Below are positions 8,329 to 10,646 of a stretch of 10,646 bases of DNA, one piece after another. Each line of letters starts with the position of its first letter. Position 1 is the stretch's first letter. Source of the DNA: a virus (Duplodnaviria; Heunggongvirae; Uroviricota; Caudoviricetes). The stretch lies in IMG/VR virus record IMGVR_UViG_2681813271_000004. One strand, given 5' to 3'. The notes under the pieces are model-generated. The model had not been told where the DNA came from, did not search any database, and saw only the letters and a program-made list of their open reading frames with translations. The translations under genes were made by a program, and so were the position numbers.

Positions 8329-8585
8329 NNNNNNNNNNNNNNNNNNNNNNNNNNNNNNNNNNNNNNNNNNNNNNNNNNNNNNNNNNNNNNNNNNNNNNNN
8401 NNNNNNNNNNNNNNNNNNNNNNNNNNNNNNNNNNNNNNNNNNNNNNNNNNNNNNNNNNNNNNNNNNNNNNNNNNNNNNNNNNNNNNNNNNNNNNNNNNNN
8501 NNNNNNNNNNNNNNNNNNNNNNNNNNNNNNNNNNNNNNNNNNNNNNNNNNNNNNNNNNNNNNNNNNNNNNNNNNNNNNNNNNNNN
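8329..8585. other. Run of 257 N (assembly gap or masked sequence) inside the cargo island
   Basis: Contiguous n characters from 8329 to 8585. Confidence 0.99.
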
Positions 8586-8627
8586 TGGCACAGAGCGGAC
8601 TCTCAGATTAGGCTTTACTCTGTGCCA
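8586..8627. terminator. 10-bp perfect inverted repeat (tggcacagag / ctctgtgcca, 22-nt loop) between the convergent cargo gene and tfa. Possible terminator for the H-G transcript or a boundary element.
   Basis: Plus 8586-8595 and 8618-8627 are exact reverse complements. The flank that would carry a T-tract on the minus strand is inside the N-gap. No T-tract follows on the plus strand. Confidence 0.25.
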
Positions 8628-8661
8628 TAGATATGTAAGCTCACACCAGAGCTCATACAAC

Positions 8662-9189
8662 TTATTGCGGCATTTCCGGCCATTCAGGATTTGCAGGATC
8701 CACACGACTGACCAGAACACTGTAGCGTTCCCATGCCTCCAGTCGACTGCGCTCCTCATCTGTTGCCATATTCAGCCTGACAGCGCGCTCCAGCGGCAAA
8801 ATCACGGATTCAGCATCTGCAAGAAGTCTGGCTTTCCGATTTTCTGCCTGCTGCTGCAATTCCTCTGCCGTATAAATTCGTTTAATCACTGTACAGTCCT
8901 TAAACATCCAGTTCCCTGAAATGTCCGCCCGTCGGTTAGCAGTAATATCCGGCACTTCAACAACACTTAATCCATCCGGTCTGATAGCTGTCACATCCTT
9001 TTCCACATAGCGGATAATATTATCTTTGTCGTACGCTATTTTTATCGTGTCATCAGCAAAATACTTTTGTTCTTCGTACCAGTTCTTACCATCTTCTGAA
9101 AAAAACCAGACAACATCAAAGTCCTTTGTCAATTGATATTGTTCAACCGTTTTTGGATTACCTGCCGTTATATTTATCAAATGCTGCAT
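8662..9189 (-). CDS. tfa: Tail fiber assembly protein (Tfa / P2 gpG-equivalent chaperone), 175 aa
   Basis: 175-aa ORF starting 3 nt after the tail fiber stop. The C-terminal segment ...[45 protein letters not shown] is characteristic of the lambda/Mu/e14-type tail fiber assembly chaperone family. Confidence 0.88.
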   Translation of the reverse strand: MQHLINITAGNPKTVEQYQLTKDFDVVWFFSEDGKNWYEEQKYFADDTIKIAYDKDNIIRYVEKDVTAIRPDGLSVVEVPDITANRRADISGNWMFKDCTVIKRIYTAEELQQQAENRKARLLADAESVILPLERAVRLNMATDEERSRLEAWERYSVLVSRVDPANPEWPEMPQ

Positions 9190-9192
9190 AAA

Positions 9193-10646
9193 TTATACCT
9201 GTGCCACGTTATACCAAGTCCCGTTAATGTATTTCTGCACCGGTCTGTAATATACGCCACCAATGTTATCGGCAGAGTTTGAGCCGGTATCCTGAACAAT
9301 AATGCCGGAATATACACACCCGGACGGTGCCTGATGTGTCCATGTCATACCATTGTTCGCAGGTTTGTATGTGGCAGCACCACCAAGCCGGATATCCCGG
9401 ACATAGCGTGAATCAAAGTTGCCATAGTTAGATGGTGATACCTGCCCGTTAACAGCAAAAGTGATGCTGTTATCTGTATTTCTCTGACTGTAAAAATGCC
9501 AGCCTGCATCATCACCTAATTCAGCCACCACAGGACGACTTGAGTTTCCCCACAAATTGAATGCGGCTTCCTTCGTGGATGTATTGCTGCTGCTGACCGT
9601 GAACTTTTTCCCGCTACCGGCACGTACTTTGGTACTTGAGACAATATCACCTGTAACACTCAGGCCATGCCCCATTGACACTCCGCCATTGGCGTTATTG
9701 ATAGTCAGCGGTCTTAAGCCGTTCCATGTCCCAAATTTATCGCCAGAGGCCGTCAGCATTAAATATGTGCTGCCGCCATCATTCCTGATAAAGAATCCAT
9801 AATTGCCATAAGCAATGCGCAGACCATTAGCACTGAGTGATGTAATTTCACCTCTTGAACGGAGACCATAAGCGGAGCTGAGTGATAATTCTTCCTGAGC
9901 GTCATTGTTTCCTGTCGCCCAGCGAATTACCCCGCCCTGAACTGTTTCATGCCAGATAGTATCTCCTTCTCCACCACGAAACTTTCTGAGATATTTTTTG
10001 CCGCCTCTGGTGCCTGAACATAAGGCCGTAGACATATAGGCATTCTGGCTTCCGCCATCCTGATTAATCGTTCCGGTCATTGAGTCGCCCTGACGATTCC
10101 AGTCACGACGCCAGCCGGGGGAGTAGCCGTCCCCATGATTTATGTAAGTGAATTGCGCGCTGGTTGTACCGCCACCGCTTGATGTTGTTGGCGTGGTCAC
10201 TCGGATAGTGATTGCAGATTTAGTTCCCATGACCTCGACGACACAACCAGCCAGGTGGATATCACCACATCCGGTATCCGTAATGATTTTGTTATTTGCA
10301 TATGACCAGGAGCCTTTGCACATCCAGTACGGATGATTAAATGCACCACGGGAATCCAGCCATTCAATAAACTGAGCGGTTGTCCAGTTTCCGGCTTCAG
10401 TGCTCAAAGCGCCGCTATAAGCACGACAGGCACCGATATTTTTCGTGAAGGTATCCTTTCCCGGAATATCCGCACCGTTCTGATCTTTCTGAAGACGTTT
10501 TTCAGCATTGTCATAGGCAGACTTCACTGCTTTTGGCGTTGCGGCCAGCGTTTCAGAATCGCTGTTGATGGCACTACTTAGCTGGACAAGACCTTTTCGC
10601 GCTGTGGTGGCATCCTGTGCAGTGTATTTCCCGTTAGCAAGGTCAT
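9193..10646 (-). CDS. H: Tail fiber protein (P2 gpH-like), C-terminal about 484 codons; N-terminus lies beyond the right window edge
   Basis: The reading frame stays open from 10646 down to TAA at 9193-9195; the ORF-track start at 10527 is an internal GTG. Hand translation of 10528-10646 gives ...DLANGKYTAQDATTARKGLVQLSSAINSDSETLAATPKAVK, matching the conserved N-proximal region of P2-type tail fibers. It is followed by a Gly/Ser/Thr/Asn-rich distal domain typical of receptor-binding regions. Confidence 0.88.
   Translation of the reverse strand, partial: DLANGKYTAQDATTARKGLVQLSSAINSDSETLAATPKAVKSAYDNAEKRLQKDQNGADIPGKDTFTKNIGACRAYSGALSTEAGNWTTAQFIEWLDSRGAFNHPYWMCKGSWSYANNKIITDTGCGDIHLAGCVVEVMGTKSAITIRVTTPTTSSGGGTTSAQFTYINHGDGYSPGWRRDWNRQGDSMTGTINQDGGSQNAYMSTALCSGTRGGKKYLRKFRGGEGDTIWHETVQGGVIRWATGNNDAQEELSLSSAYGLRSRGEITSLSANGLRIAYGNYGFFIRNDGGSTYLMLTASGDKFGTWNGLRPLTINNANGGVSMGHGLSVTGDIVSSTKVRAGSGKKFTVSSSNTSTKEAAFNLWGNSSRPVVAELGDDAGWHFYSQRNTDNSITFAVNGQVSPSNYGNFDSRYVRDIRLGGAATYKPANNGMTWTHQAPSGCVYSGIIVQDTGSNSADNIGGVYYRPVQKYINGTWYNVAQV

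Noticed and set aside
8197-8919. ORFs 8197-8919 (plus) and 8283-8759 (minus) spanning the N-run
   Set aside because: These are artefacts of translating N as X. Their real sequence portions are short and overlap the cargo ORF or tfa out of frame.
9557-10581. Plus-strand ORFs 9557-9802, 10148-10336 and 10333-10581 inside the tail fiber gene
   Set aside because: Antisense shadows of the tail fiber ORF.
1-10646. CRISPR arrays, tRNA or rRNA genes, integrase or transposase
   Set aside because: I found no regularly spaced direct repeats, tRNA-like cloverleaf candidates or recombinase-like ORFs in this window. Any integrase or attachment tRNA would lie outside it.

Overview
This window is the tail-gene end of a P2-like (Peduovirus-type) myovirus prophage, with all recognisable phage genes on the minus strand. 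Reading right to left: the C-terminal part of tail fiber H (truncated at the window edge), a tail fiber assembly chaperone (G/Tfa), a roughly 2 kb AT-rich cargo island, then tail sheath FI, tail tube FII, the E / E+E' frameshifted chaperone pair, tape measure T, tail proteins U and D, and the zinc-finger late activator Ogr. The island sits at the position of the P2 Z/fun locus (between G and FI) and carries one large plus-strand ORF (7068 to at least 8328, at least 420 aa) that I cannot assign to any family by eye. It is the main candidate for an undescribed system, most plausibly anti-phage or superinfection-exclusion cargo. Its 3' end is lost in a 257-nt run of N (8329-8585). Other signals: a conserved -1 frameshift site (T TTT TTG) in E, an intrinsic terminator hairpin abutting a TGT-N12-ACA dyad upstream of FI, a 10-bp inverted repeat just right of the gap, and a hairpin plus A/T tract at the left edge that may mark the prophage end. 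All identifications rest on my reading of the ORF translations and the DNA; no database search was run.
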